Source: Salpingoeca rosetta (lineage: Eukaryota > Protista > Choanoflagellata). From it: a DNA stretch of 64,000 nt. The translations under genes and the position numbers were made by a program. The stretch's first letter is position 1. Every line of letters starts with the position of its first letter. This document shows positions 12,870-26,259 of the stretch, piece after piece. The notes under the pieces were generated by a model. The model was not told the origin of the DNA. It ran no database searches and worked only from the letters and a program-made list of their open reading frames with translations. Where the stretch lies: the NCBI GenBank assembly GCA_033442325.1, contig JAWQFM010000004.1, forward strand, positions 903,187 through 967,186, in the 5' to 3' direction.

Positions 12870-13644
12870 GCACCCATCATCACCCACGACCACGCGCAGC
12901 GGTACGAACCATTCACCCGGCAGCCGCCAGTCGGCCGCGACCTGGAGCCATACACAACAGCAGCACCACAACCACCGGCACATGGCGACGAGAAGGATGA
13001 GGGTGATGAGGCGTCGCTTGGGCCGTTTGACGTGCTCGTGCACCACATGGGCATGCTTGAGCTGGTGCGCGCGCTCCTTGGCAAGCAGCAAGGAGTCATC
13101 AGCATCACACCACTGGACGAGTAGCAGGGGCAGGTTGCCCGCGTCAGGTGAGCTGCTGCTCGGTGGTGGTGATGGGTGTGGTAGTAATGTGGTAAAGTTG
13201 AGGGATTGTAACCGGTTGAGGAGGTGTTCGTTGCATGCGAGGATCATGATGGGAATGACGACATGTGGTGGCGGGTAATGATGCGAGGATGCGACAGTCA
13301 AGTACTCATCATGCTTGTCTAATTCCTCTCTACATCCCGCACCGATACACCCTCAACTCATTCAAACACGTAACACACATGTGCAGCTGCGCGACGCGTA
13401 AGGTTGGCGAGCGCGTCCTGAGGGAGATGACTGACTTCCCGATTGGGCAGGTGCAGCTGACGGCCCGCCACGACCCGGACTGCCCCGCCTGGACGGCGGA
13501 CGAGCTGTGGTCCGTGTGGGTTGAGCCCGTGCCCGAAGGTCTTGAGGAGGTGCTGCCCTCGCTCGCCAAGGCAAACAGTGGCTTTCACTCCCACACATAC
13601 AAGCCGGACGGTAACCGCGTCAGGGGCACATTCAGGTAGGCGAT

Positions 13645-13688
<44 letters not shown>

Positions 13689-16600
13689 ATACGTGCACAG
13701 ACGCTCCTGCAACTCCATTCTGCATGAGCATGCGTGCGCTTCCCTCAACCACGTCCTCAACCAACCAACCAACTCCCCCTGCAACAGGTTTGTGTCACGG
13801 GAGAGCGCGGAGCTGATGGTCCGCCTGTACGACCAGCGGGAGGTGCTGGGCACGAAGCTCAACGTGTTCCCAGACCCAAAGGCAAAGAACTGGAAGAGCA
13901 AGGGCAAGGACTCCACGTCCTCCTCCCCTGCGTCCCCAACATCCATCACGCCGGCGCCTGTTGCGGGCCAGGCAAAGCGCATCACGTTCTACCTGAGCGA
14001 GGCAGCCAGGAAGCGTGACCGCAAGGGCTTGACTGCCGCCATGCCCTGGCCCACCGACACGTACCGCAGCGTGCAGGCGACGCTGGAGCGCGCTGGCGTC
14101 AACTTCCAGTCGCTGCAGGTCTTTCTGGACATGCGCTGTGCAAGCGTTGACGTGGTTGCCGACAGCGAGGAGGCGTTCCGGAGCCTGCTGCCACTGCCCA
14201 TTGACACGGCGGGGGCCTGTCGTCTGGAGGCGCGGCAGGCACCGCTGCACCGCATTGTCGTCACCTGTACCCCGCACAGCAAGCCCACCACGGGCCGCGA
14301 CATTGTGCAGGCGGTTGAGACGAACTTTGGCGACACGGCGAAGCTTGTTCCCATCCCGCAGTCCCTCAAGGACACGCTGTCCCACATCCAGCCGTTTGCC
14401 AGCACGCGCATAACTGAACAAGAACAAGAACAAGGAGCACAGCAGCAGTGTGAAGGTGGTAGTGAGGCACACGATGCTGATGCGATGCCAAATGCTGTGC
14501 ACGACCCTCATCAGTACAAGAGAGACGGCGATGCTGACAGCGACGACAGCGACGACAGCAAGAGCAGCGGCACGTCCTCTGAGACCACGCTGCAGCGCGT
14601 GTTTGTGCTGGAGATAACAGACACGCGTGCGGCGCATGCGTGTGTCCGCAGGAGGCAGTTTGCCACCTCTGTCTCGCACAAGTTTGTGGCGCGCCTGTGC
14701 TACCCGAACGACGTGCACGTGGCTGTGCTCGACCCCAAGCTGAGCGGCCTCCTGTCGGACCTCGTCGAGGCGTTCAACAAGAGCAGCGTGGCCAAGGACC
14801 TTGATGTGCTGGCGGCTGCAACCACAAATAACCGCATCTGCTTCACGAGCAGCACCGCCGTGCTGGTGTGGTCGCAGGCCAAGCTGCTTGCAAGCTTCCT
14901 CGCGCCGGCCTACCACCCGTTTGCCCGCAGCGACCGCGTGCTGGGCGACGACAAGGTCATGGAGCACGTGCTGAACGACTACGGCTTCAAGCTGGTCCGC
15001 TACCCGACGCTTGGCCTGCTGCCCTACGCAGACACGGCACACGGGGCCATGCGGGATGTGTGAAGTTTGTGCTGCCGCCGCCCGTCACCAGCACCCCGCC
15101 CATCGCATCGCCCGTGGCACCCCAGTAGGCGCTGATGCACACGCGCGACCTGGACGGCGCCGCGTCATGCTGCTGGAGTACTCGCTGTACTACTACCTGG
15201 ACCAGGACAGGGAGCGCGGGCTCAGCTACATCAACAGCACCGTCGGCGCCAACATCAAGTCGCAGACGACGATCAGCGTCACGGGCATGCAATACCGCTT
15301 CCTGGACTCGCAGCTGCTTGAGCTGGCCCGAAAGTTCCGCGTGTATGTGCGCAAGCCCAGCGCGGAGGGCAGGGACGCATGCGCCTCAAGCGTGCCCGTG
15401 AGCGTGACGGTGGAGGGCATGCAGCGGCAGCTGACGGCGTTTGACAACGCGGTGCAGGACACGCTCAAGGAGCACCTGTGCCACGTGCTCGGGCTGCCGG
15501 TCATTGACACGTCGCACGTGCCGGAGATGACCGAGGCGGACGTCACCTTCCTGAAGCGCAAGCTGTTCAATTACCTGACCAAGGCCAGCCGCACCGTGTG
15601 CCGCAGCAAATACGGCGTGGTGAGCTATGTTGCGCCGCAGGACGTGATTGGCACGCCCTCTGAGCGCAACGTGTGGATGGTGGCTGGCCGGCGCGATGTG
15701 ATGCAGACGGTCATCCCGACGATGGAGTCGACGTTCCGCACCATTGCCCACATCCGGCCCACGCGCTACGTGTGCCAGATGCCGGTGTCCGTGGCCAAGG
15801 AGCTGAAGCGTCTGCGCAAGAAGGCGTTGGTGCTGATGCCAGTTATACCGCAAGCACGGGCGCTGCTTCGGCAAATTCTGCTGGCACTGCTGCTGGCGAC
15901 GATGGTGTTGGCTTGAGTGAGCGGACCGCGTACACAGGAGTGGGATCACAACAGCGAGCACAAGGTACTTATGATTCTGGCAGGGGTGACAGCCTGTCGA
16001 CCTCAGTGCCCACGCAGTGCTTGAAGGCTCGGGCATGGAGATGGCGGCGGCATCGGAAGTGGTGTTGCTGACAGCATGTGAGAGGCTGTTCCCGGCCAAG
16101 GTGAAGCAGGCCGTGTGGGGGTAGAGCTGTACCTGTACCACACCATCAGCGAGACGCTGCCCGTGGTGCAGCTGCACGCGGAGATTTGCGAGGGAAGCAT
16201 CAACAACGACCGCGACATGAACGCCGAGAGGAGCGGTCCCCTGCGGTACAACGAGGCGCGCGTGACCACGTCCGGTCCGCTGGCCCTCTCGTCCAGCATT
16301 GAGCACGTGCTGTACGTGGTTGCGCCAAACTATGTGCCCGAGTTTGGCAGCAAGGTGACGCAGACGGCTGCGGACCTGAAGACGGCGTTCCGCGCGCTGC
16401 TGACGACGGCGCGGGACAACAACATCCGCTCGCTCGCCACGTGCGCGCTCGGCTGCGGCGCCCTCCGCTGCTCCCCATTCGCGTCTGCGCGCGAGATGCC
16501 CAAGGAGATGACAAAGCCGTGCGGGCGCTTCCCCGACAAGTACCTGCACAAGGGACACTACAAGATGAGTGAGGAAGACGCCGCCCGCGTGGTGGCCGAT

Positions 16601-17933
16601 GCGCGTGCAACCGCGGCTGCGGAGGATGAGCGCAACATGCGCCGGACGGTTGATCCAGATGTCCTGCAGCGGTGGCTGGAATACAAGAATCGCAAGGCGC
16701 GGAAGTTGGTGTGCTTCTTCAAAATCTAGTGGTTGACCGGTACTTCACGGTGGACTTCCAGGAACACTGGGTGTACATGAGTGGAGCACGTGGGCATGCA
16801 CGTGAACGACCTGCGCCTGACATTGAGCGCGTGCGGCGGGTGGTGGACGAGCAGCGGTCGAAGCTGAAGCCACAGGCCATCTTTGAGATTCCTGACCGCT
16901 GGGACATGCGCGAGGGTCAGCTGCTTGTTGATGTAACCAACGAGGGCGAGCTGGGCCGCGTGCGCGCGCTGTTGGAGCCGCTTCGGCCCCGAAACCTGCT
17001 CATGCAGCGTGTGCAGAACGTGTCGCTGTTCAAGCGGTACTTGGAGAGCGTGCACCGCGTGTACTGGCGGCCCGCGCCACCAAGCCTGCCCAACGACATT
17101 GCGCCGCTCTCTGGCGACGATGACGACTACAACGTGTTTGAGCACCACTTGCTGCACGTCATCTGCAAGAGCGAGCTTGGCCTGGCCATAATTACGCCAG
17201 TGCGGAGGGCTACTTTGGCTCAGGCCTGTACTTCAGCCGCGACCCGTCGTTTGCTGTCAAGTATGGCCACCACGAGGGCAGCGCAACAGACAAGAACGAC
17301 ACCACCAGCGAGCGGCGCGTGTATGTCGATGTGTCGGCGCCCCAGTCGAATGACGTTGCTGTTGGCGTTGCTGATGATGATGTCGCTGCAACTGCTGTTT
17401 CTGCTGCTGCTGCTCGCCATGGTGGTGACGAAGGAGAAGGAATTGGCCGAGCTGCCGCGAGTGAAGAGAGTGAAGGCACCTCGGGTGGTGCTGAGAGTGC
17501 TGGTGGATGCATGACTGCTTCTGCTGCTGCTGGGAGCGTGTTGTACGATTCCGTTTGCGGTTTCGACGGCGATACGGAGATGTTTGTCATCTACGACAAC
17601 GGCATGTGCTACCCGAAGTACATCATCTCCTTTGACGATGATGCTGTTGATGTGGAGGGGGAAGTGAACGGGGACGAGGAGGATGCGGAAGAAGGATTAG
17701 TCGCGCCAGTCGTCGGGGAGGGGGAGAGTGATGATGACCGTGGAGATGATGCTACTGCGAACGTGGAAGATGCTGGAGTGAGGGCATGCGACTCACGGCT
17801 GGGGATGAGGATGGTGGTGATGATGGTCGTGATGGTCCTGGTCACGGTGGCGATCAATCACAACGACCTTCGCCACCCCACAACGATGTTTCTGGTGATG
17901 GTGCTGTCGCTGGGAACAACGGCTATGGGGTGA
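12870..17933 (+). pseudogene. PARP14-like macro-PARP (RRM-like repeats, possible KH-like region, Macro, WWE, ART catalytic), disrupted
   Basis: RRM exons ~12870-13147, 13387-13635 and 13788 onward. Macro 'EARVTTSGPL..IEHVLYVVAP..LKTAFRALLTTARDNNIRSLATCALGCG' (16180-16480). WWE-like 'WLEYKNRKARKL..YFTVDF' (16670-16830). ART motifs 'RVQNVSLFKRY', 'EHHLLH', 'GYFGSGLYFSRDPSFAVKY' and 'YDSVCG..MFVIYDNGMCYPKYIISF'. In-frame TAG at 13122 and ~15125, plus several frameshifts. Confidence 0.8.
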
Positions 17934-18841
17934 ACGGAATCAGAGGCAGCCCCCACCCCAACAACAATAATCCCAACAACAACAACCAGAACATTCTTGG
18001 CAACGCCAGCTAACGTATCTGTCTCAGCCTTGGCTACAGTCAGGTCGCTGCTGGTACCTTCTTGAACGACTAAGCTAGGCTAGCGACAGGTGGGTTCGTT
18101 TGGTGTTGGCCTGTTTTGTGTTTGTTCTTCTCCCCCCCCCTTCTTTCCTGTTCTTTGTTGGTGTTGCTGTGCAAGACTGCACAACGTGTTGCTGTGCAAG
18201 ACTGCACACGCCGTTTGTCATTCACACATTCCTTGGAGCTAACCAAGCTCACGTTTGGTGCGTGTGTGTGTATTTGACTGTTGAACCATCTTAACTTCTT
18301 TCTTCTTTGTCGTGTCTTGTGCCAGTGGATACATGCTCGCACTCAGCGCATTCGGTCTTGATTGAGTGTGCGCGTTGCTGACAAGCTTAACCGTGGCAGT
18401 TGTCGTGAACTAAAATGCAATGAAATGATACACGTGTATGAGCCGAACAATGAAGGCATAGCGCGTGGGTGGAAGAGAGGGTGGGGGTGTGTAAATGTGC
18501 GGTTAAATCCGTGTTGAACCCCATGCTGATGTCACGTGGATGAATGTTCATTGGCTTGCGTGCTGATGATTCGAAGAACTGTGGTTGCCTTGTTGTCCTG
18601 GAAGTGTTGTCTCTTTTCCCCCTCATGATCACTTCGCGTTGCACAGTTGTGGAACAGCTTCTTCCACTATCACAATGCATGCACATACTCGGTTGAGGTT
18701 GAGGTTGTTTCAATTTGAAGTAAAAGAACGATGAGCAGCGGCAGGTACACAGGACGCTGTCACAGGGTTGAGGGAAGGAAGAAGAAAGATGCAAAAACGG
18801 CACGCAAGTGTTCGCACGCACACAGACACGCGCGGCAACAA

Positions 18842-20140
18842 TTAGCATCCCGGGTCAATGACAAGGACAGATTCTGCGCCGCGTGGGATGCCATAGACGA
18901 CGCCGTTGTTGGCGAGCACGCCATCATGCCACTTGAAGCCCCCGCCAAGATTGTTGATGGTCGTGGTATCGGTGGTGTTGGTGCTTGGATCGAAGATGAG
19001 GACGGCTGAAGAGTCGTGCGGGATGCCAATGACGTTGCCATTGGGCGCGAGCACACCGCCAATCCACTTTGCAGAGGTGCTTTCCTCCGCGACAAGTACC
19101 TCCCCAGTGGCGTTGGTGGCTGGGTTGACGACGAGCATCGTCGCAAAACGAAATGGGATGCCGTAGATGAGGCCATTGCCTGCAAGCACGGCGCCTCGCC
19201 ACTTTGCGTTTGTACTGAAGCCACTGATGGTGGTAAGGTCCATTGTCAGTGACTCTGGGTTGATGATGAGGACGGAGGAAGCTGTGACAGGCAGACAGTA
19301 GATGAGGCCGTTGTCGGTCTGAACACCGCCATACCATTTGAACAGCTGGGTCGACAGCCCGGACAGCGTGGTGATGTCTGTCGTGTTTGTCTCTGGATCA
19401 ATGATCAACACAGACGTGGCAGAGTACGGAATGCCGAAAATGGGGCCATTGCTCGCCACCACGCCACTAAACCACTTGTTTTCGCCGGCCCCAAGGGAGT
19501 GCATGCTTGATGTGTCAAAGGCGTTGGTGTCTGGGTCGATGATGAGCATCGTCTCTCTGTCTGATGCAAACATGTAAATGAGGCCGCTGTGTGCCAGCAC
19601 AGCGCCAGCCCACTTGTTTGAGTCCGTTCCCACACCTGAGATTGTGGTCGTATCGACGGTGTGGCTGCTGGGGTCGATGATGAGAACAGAAGGAGAGTGG
19701 TATGGTACGGCATAGATCAGGCCGTTGTGTGCCAGCACACCGCCAAGCCACTTATTTCCGCCCGAGCCGAGCTGCCCAAACGTGCTGGCACTCGGGGTGC
19801 ACACTTCCCCACGGACACGGTCGATCGCCCTCTGCTGGGCATTGATTGCGCTCTGTTGTGCATCGATTGTACTTTGCTGGGCAGCGTTGATTCTAAGTTG
19901 CTCCGAAACGGTACTCATGAGCGTCCTGAGCGTCTCGTGCACATTCACGCCGTTCACAAGCACGGGCTGGCTCATTGGATCGCTGGTGTTGATGTGAAAC
20001 GCGCCCGCATCATCCTCCACCAGCGTCACCTCTCCAACAACGCTGCTGATGAGCGGCATCCAGCACACTGCCGCCGCCACCACCAGTAGCACGGGGAGCA
20101 GCACCAACCCACGTGCCTGCAGGCACCCCATCGTTCTCAT
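18842..20140 (-). CDS. Secreted coiled-coil + 7-bladed beta-propeller repeat protein, copy 2 (432 aa, intronless)
   Basis: Close paralogue of 8835-10103 with seven KW-repeats, ending LVIDPGC*. About 750 bp of upstream sequence (20140-20900) also resembles 10103-10870. Confidence 0.85.
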   Translation of the reverse strand: MRTMGCLQARGLVLLPVLLVVAAAVCWMPLISSVVGEVTLVEDDAGAFHINTSDPMSQPVLVNGVNVHETLRTLMSTVSEQLRINAAQQSTIDAQQSAINAQQRAIDRVRGEVCTPSASTFGQLGSGGNKWLGGVLAHNGLIYAVPYHSPSVLIIDPSSHTVDTTTISGVGTDSNKWAGAVLAHSGLIYMFASDRETMLIIDPDTNAFDTSSMHSLGAGENKWFSGVVASNGPIFGIPYSATSVLIIDPETNTTDITTLSGLSTQLFKWYGGVQTDNGLIYCLPVTASSVLIINPESLTMDLTTISGFSTNAKWRGAVLAGNGLIYGIPFRFATMLVVNPATNATGEVLVAEESTSAKWIGGVLAPNGNVIGIPHDSSAVLIFDPSTNTTDTTTINNLGGGFKWHDGVLANNGVVYGIPRGAESVLVIDPGC

Positions 20141-21672
20141 CCTCCCATCCAAGTGGGTGGAGAAGAGAAAGGAAGAGGGGAAGAGTGCCTCCTTCCTCCT
20201 TCCTCGTTCGCGTGTGTGTTCGCAGGACAGGCGCAGCACCACGAGAAGAAGAGAAGACAGGGTTGGTGTGGTTCGTTTGTTGTTTGTGGCGTTTTGGCTG
20301 GTTGTGGTTGTGGACGATTGTTGGGAATCGTGCATTGGATTTCCAGCCACACACAACACAAAAGTTCACTGTTGTGGGTGTGTGTTTGTTGTGGAAAGGA
20401 AGCACGTTGTAACGCATCCATCCATTCATCCATCCCATCCATCCACTCTTCCATCCCTCAGCCTTCCTTCCATCCAGCCTTGCCTTCATCAGCTCATCAC
20501 TGGAACAACAAGGACAGAGCACACACGGCACACAATGTCGGTGTCTTGCTGTGTTGTACTCCCACCACAGCTTCATCACGCAGTGCAAAAGAAGGGCGTG
20601 AATTGAACTCATGTCAAGGAGGCAGGCATCGTGACGAAAGAATACACTGTTCATCCAAAGGTGTGTGCGTGCGTGCGTGCGAGTGTGAGGTCACTCCATT
20701 GCATCACATTGCATTACATTGCTCAGCCTTATCTGCGCAACACGCGCAAACGCATACGCACACGTACTTCACACATTGTTCCAACGACACGTGCTCACGC
20801 CCATCTGCCCATCTTCCATTGTGCTGGAGCACCCTGCCTCCTCTCGTGTCTGACATGGTGTCGCTCTCGTCCTCCCGCCACCACCTTCGACCCGCTGCCT
20901 CGTGCCTCTGTGAACATAGTGTACACACAGCCAAGGACGCGCATACGTGCGCCTGATGCACGCACGTGATGCAGCGGTTCCCCTCTGTCCAAGACACTCC
21001 CCAGCCACTGCTGCCGGTACAATGAGGAGTGTGTCCTTCCTCCCTCCGTCTGGTTGGCACCAGCGTGCATGCGTGCAGCGCCAAATCCTCCCCACCAACA
21101 TGGCGCGCTCCTCGCCAGGACAACTGCAAGCATGCGCGATGTTGAGAATGGCCAGCTGCCAGACCGTGGATGGACGAGCAGAAGAACAACGTGAACCTGC
21201 TGCTGCTGCATGTGGCCACTTGGCTCCACCACCACCACAACAACAAGCATGGCAGCTCTGCAGGCAAAGTCCACCGTGGCATGTGGCTCGTGTGCCCAGG
21301 GCAATGCGGCCATCGTATGCGACAGCAGCAGTGTGTCGGGCCAACGGTGATCAAGACCACACCCATGATCGAACACAAGACGGTTGCTGTCGAACATCTT
21401 GCAGAGGTGTCACCCGATGAGCTGGCAGACATTGTCCGCGAGGGGCGGGTACTCCGTTGAAATCGTCTCACCGCCACAGCAGCGTGAATAGGAGCAGGCT
21501 GTTGATGAGGTGTCAACCTCCTCCACTTCAGCTACGAGCACACCTGAGAAGAAAGAACCGGCGCCTTCCGACGATCGCCATGATGCTGTTGCGGACACTC
21601 TTCGGAAAGCCATCACCCCACCCCAGCACAGCATCAGCCCCCCCCCACGACTCTGGGGTGCGTGCATGCACT

Positions 21673-21816
<144 letters not shown>

Positions 21817-21899
21817 GTATATACACATCTCCGTCTATCCGCAAATTCCACACACACTTCTCGCTGGTACACACTGCATTTACCGCTGCGCTGCACTAC

Positions 21900-22830
21900 A
21901 GGCATGTCGTGCGCCTCGTGCGTGCCCAACATTGAGGGCGCATGCGCGGCATGCACAGCAACGTGTCGTGTGGGCCTGCTGGCTGGCACCGCGCTGGTGA
22001 AGCCCTGCAGCCATCATCGCCAGCATTGGCCAGGTCGGCGGATACAAAGGCCCACAAAGAAACGCATACACCAGCACAAGGCATGACGTACCTCAGCATG
22101 CGGTATGCGATGTGCGCGGCACTGCATCTCTGCTTGTTCTCTTTTGCTTGCATGCACGCACGACTGCTTGTGTGCACGCATGCCTGCTTTCCACTTCAAC
22201 CTCTCACCCTCCTGCTGCTGCTGCTGCTGCTGTTGCTGGACATGCATGACAGGCGACGCTAAGGGCCCTGCCCGATGTTCAACGGTGCAGGTTGATGACG
22301 CGTCGGGCCGTGTGGAAGTCAAGCACGAGACCTACGCGACATGGTCACACGTGCGTGCGTGCGTGTGTGTATGTGTGGGTGTTTCTGTACTTGTACATGT
22401 CGCTTCGTCTTGCTTCTTCTCTGCTCCCCTCCAACCGCATCCCTCCAACTGACTCTGTGTCTGTCTTTGCTGCAACGCCTTCTTGCCACCCACCACCACT
22501 TGCTCACAAGAATGCCTTGTGTTATGCACTTCACACAACACCCATTTGTGACTGCAGCGCGCTGAAGGAACTCAGAATACGCAACGGAGCTGGAGCACGA
22601 AGCACCACCACCCACAGGAGCGAGATCCACTTCTGCCCCATCACCTTTATCGCGTGCGCCACCGTGTTTCTTCGTCGCGTCCATCATCGTGGCCACATGT
22701 GGCCGGACTCCTGAGATGCGCGCATCGTCGATGACATGTCGCATCCTCATGCTGCTGGGTTTGATCTCCTTCATTTTCCCGGTCGGCCGTTTCTAGTATC
22801 CGTGGTGCCTAGACGTCCTCACTGTGTATG

Positions 22831-22875
<45 letters not shown>

Positions 22876-23931
22876 TATGCATGGTTTGTTGCGACTACAT
22901 ACGTCCGCGTGTTCTCTTCAAGTCCACCACTACAGTGAACGAGAGAGCGTTGCACGTGCCTTGTTCTTTGCTCAAGTTTGCATGCGTGCACCCGTGTCGC
23001 TGATCCACGTGCACTTGCCCTTGCGTTGTTACAAATCCACCACAGAGCCGCGTACCTGTACTCCCTGGAGGTCCTCATTGTTGCACCCGCCGCCCACGAG
23101 GATTTCGACTGGTGGTGGTGGTGGCGACCTCTTCCTTCAGACCGGCATTCTCCCTCTTCACCTTTGTGTCGCCCGGGCGGTACATCGAATACCTCGCCAA
23201 AGGCAACATCTCCAGCCTGATGAAGGAAGATATAGTCAAAGGCAATCGCATGGAGGAGCGAATTGACACCGAGCTCGTGCAGCGCGGCGACAAACTGCAG
23301 GTGCGTGATGAGGGGGTTGGGTGTTGGAGTTGGTGCTGGTGCTTACATGTGGTGGTGGGTGATGGGCGGGTGGTTGGTTGTTGCAACCCTCAGCTGAGAT
23401 TGTGGCAGCAGCCGCCCGATAATGCACTGTGGTTGCATCTCGCTCACCCTTCCGCACGTTCTTGTTGGCAGATGGTGGCTGGCAACAACGTGCCTGTGGA
23501 TTGGATGGACGCGTGCTGAAGGGTGCAGGTGAAATGGACGAGGCCATGATCACGGGGCGAATAAACACTCGTCTCGTCTTCAAAGGCGTTGATGACATTG
23601 TCATACGGGCGGCACCATGGTATATGGTCTTTGAGGCCAAGATAATTGGCAGTGAGGATGCTCAGCTGTCAAAGGCGCCCATCCAGCAGGTGTGTGTACT
23701 GGATACAACACGCTAAAACCCCCCTTTCACACGTGCCTGTCACTGTTTCTGCAGACGTTTCCACTCTCACACGTACCCGCACAACCTCCCCTTTCCTTTC
23801 CCTCCTTGTTCTTTCCCAGACAAGCTGGCGGGGCGCTTTGTGTCAGGCATCGTGCTGCTGTTGGTGTGTGGGTTGCGCCGCTGACCTCGGGTGCCGCTGA
23901 CACATTGGTCTGACGAAGGCGACGTTCAACT

Positions 23932-23982
<51 letters not shown>

Positions 23983-24910
23983 ATCTGTGTGTGTGTGTGT
24001 GTGTCTGTGTGTCTGTGTGTCTGTGTGTCTGTGTGTGTGTGTGTGTGGTGCCTCGTACTGGTGCTCGCGAGTCGTGGTTAGAGAACACTAACACACTCAC
24101 TCACTCACACCTCCATGCCCACACACATACACACACATTCACACACACACTCTCTCTCTCCCGCTCAATCCCCCCCCCCCCTGCTCACAGGCCGTGCTTG
24201 ACAAGATGAGAACGCTGACGGTTGGATCGCCAAAAGTCATGTGTGCACGTGCTCGGCGATGATGACACGTGGACGGAGGACGGCACCCCGTTGAAGCTGG
24301 TGGCGGCTGCAGAGGCAAACAGCGAACATGCCCCTGGGCCAGGCGATTGTGGCGCACGGCGGCGCTGTCTCCCGCAACCGACTCCAAGACGGTATCTGGT
24401 CGCAGTATCTCGGCAACCGTGGATGGTATGGCATGCACATTGTCATTGGCATGCCCATTGTGATGTTGGCAATCCCACGCCATCAGCGGCAAATAGCGGC
24501 AGACGATGCACGAAGACGAGGAGACACGTGGCTACACGGTTGTTGCGTGCTCGGCAGACGACAAGCTTCTGCCTGGATTACGTGGGGTCTCGCTGACACG
24601 TGCAAGCCCCAAAGGCGAAGAGAGCGGTGCGCCTGCTGCGCCCGCACGGCCTGCGCCTGGTCATGCTCACGGGCGACAAGGAGGGTACTGCGCGATCTAT
24701 TGGAGACAGAGGTTGGCATCGACGACGTGTTTGCAGCAGCGTGCAGGAGATGGAGGCGAAAGGACGACGTGGTGGCGATGGTTGGCGACGGCATCGACAT
24801 AGAGTCCGCGCACGTCGTTCTGATGATCAAGGACAACCTGCTTGCTGGATGTGTTTTCTGGCCATGCACCCTATCGCGTGCGACCGTGCGCCACATCTAC
24901 TACAACGTTC
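21900..24910 (+). pseudogene. Copper-transporting P1B-ATPase (ATP7/CopA-like) pseudogene
   Basis: HMA 'GMSCASCVPNIE', 'GRYIEYLAKG', 'ELVQRGDKLQV', 'DEAMITG', 'AQLSKAPIQQ', phosphorylation motif degraded to '[14 protein letters not shown]', 'AEANSEH/PLGQAIV', 'AMVGDGID' and 'LSRATVRHIYYN'. Many frameshifts. Confidence 0.85.
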
Positions 24911-26259
24911 ATCTGGGCCGTGTGGTGCAGGTGGTGGACACAGCAACGCGTGCGCTGCCGTTGCCTCCTTGAACGACTCCGCTGACGTTTGTGGCTTCGC
25001 GGCTTTGCGGAAGCAGCCATCGACTGGTCGTGGCGAGTGGCCACCTGTCCAGTGACGCCGACAACGGAGTGCACGCGATCCGCCAAATCACCAGCGTCCA
25101 CGTCTCGGAGATCCAATCCATCGCAGCAGCCGCCACTTCGTCACCTTCTCCTGTGCTCCTGTGGCATCATTTTGGCGAGGGCGATGGCTTCATCGGCACC
25201 ATCAGCATGTCTGCGAGCGGGGAGCAGCTCCTGCTTTTGCCGGAGGCCTGTGTTTTGGCAGCGTACATCCTGACCTCCTCCTCCTCCTCCTCCTCGTCGT
25301 CGCTCGTGTCCCTGATCCACACACCTCTTGCAGCAGTGTGTTCCTGGTCGCTGGCGAATACGGTGGCGCAAAGTGCTTGAGATCTGGACAAGCCCTTGTC
25401 GTGTGGCCGCTCGGCCGCCCTCCGTTTGGTGGCCAGCACGATCGATTAGCGGCAACAGCGGGGGTGTGCACCAGCTCGGATGGCGAGCGCGTCCCGACCA
25501 CGCACATCCTGGAGCAGTGGAACATGACATGTGTTGTTATTGTGCTGTGGAGCATGCGAGGCTGGCAGCCCATCACGCAGCACCACGCCGGCCAGTGCAA
25601 GCTTCGAGTCAGCCACTTGGACACGCGACGCCAAGCACGTGCTCCTGTATGGCCGAGCTTCGCGGTGCCGGCTGCGTATTGTGTACTCACAAGCTTCAAC
25701 ATGGGCAACACCATAACGGCCGTCACAATCCGCCCTGTTGGCCATCTAGGTTGACCCAAGGCACGATGCCTGGCGCCGTTGCCCTTGTTACCCACCACGC
25801 CGAGGCTGTGCCCTGAGCTGCCAATCACCTCCCGTCGAATTGACGTGGGCAGCGTTGCTGAGCTGCAGCGAGCCCTGTGCATGTTCCCTGCCACCGTGAG
25901 CACTGCCGTGGAGGATGCCGAGACAGACACGCCGCTGTCTCTGTTGTCGTTTGCGGCCAGCAATGCCAGCCACGCGCCCGCACTCCGCGCTCTGTGCCTT
26001 AGCTCTACTGCAACACAGAGCAGTGCGTCGTGGACAAGGTGTGTGAGGCCGCCATAACCTTCTTCAACCTCGGAGGGTAACAAGCCCTGATAGCGAAGCC
26101 CTGGTCACTGCGCGTCGTCCCTGACGCACACACTCGTAGCAGACATCATTCTGCTGGTGTGCACGTTTACAAGTGGGCTTGCGCTTGCAGCGTCCACCGC
26201 CGACAAGCAGTACAACCACCAGCAGCGGGCATGATTGTCTCACTGGGCCAGACAGGACA

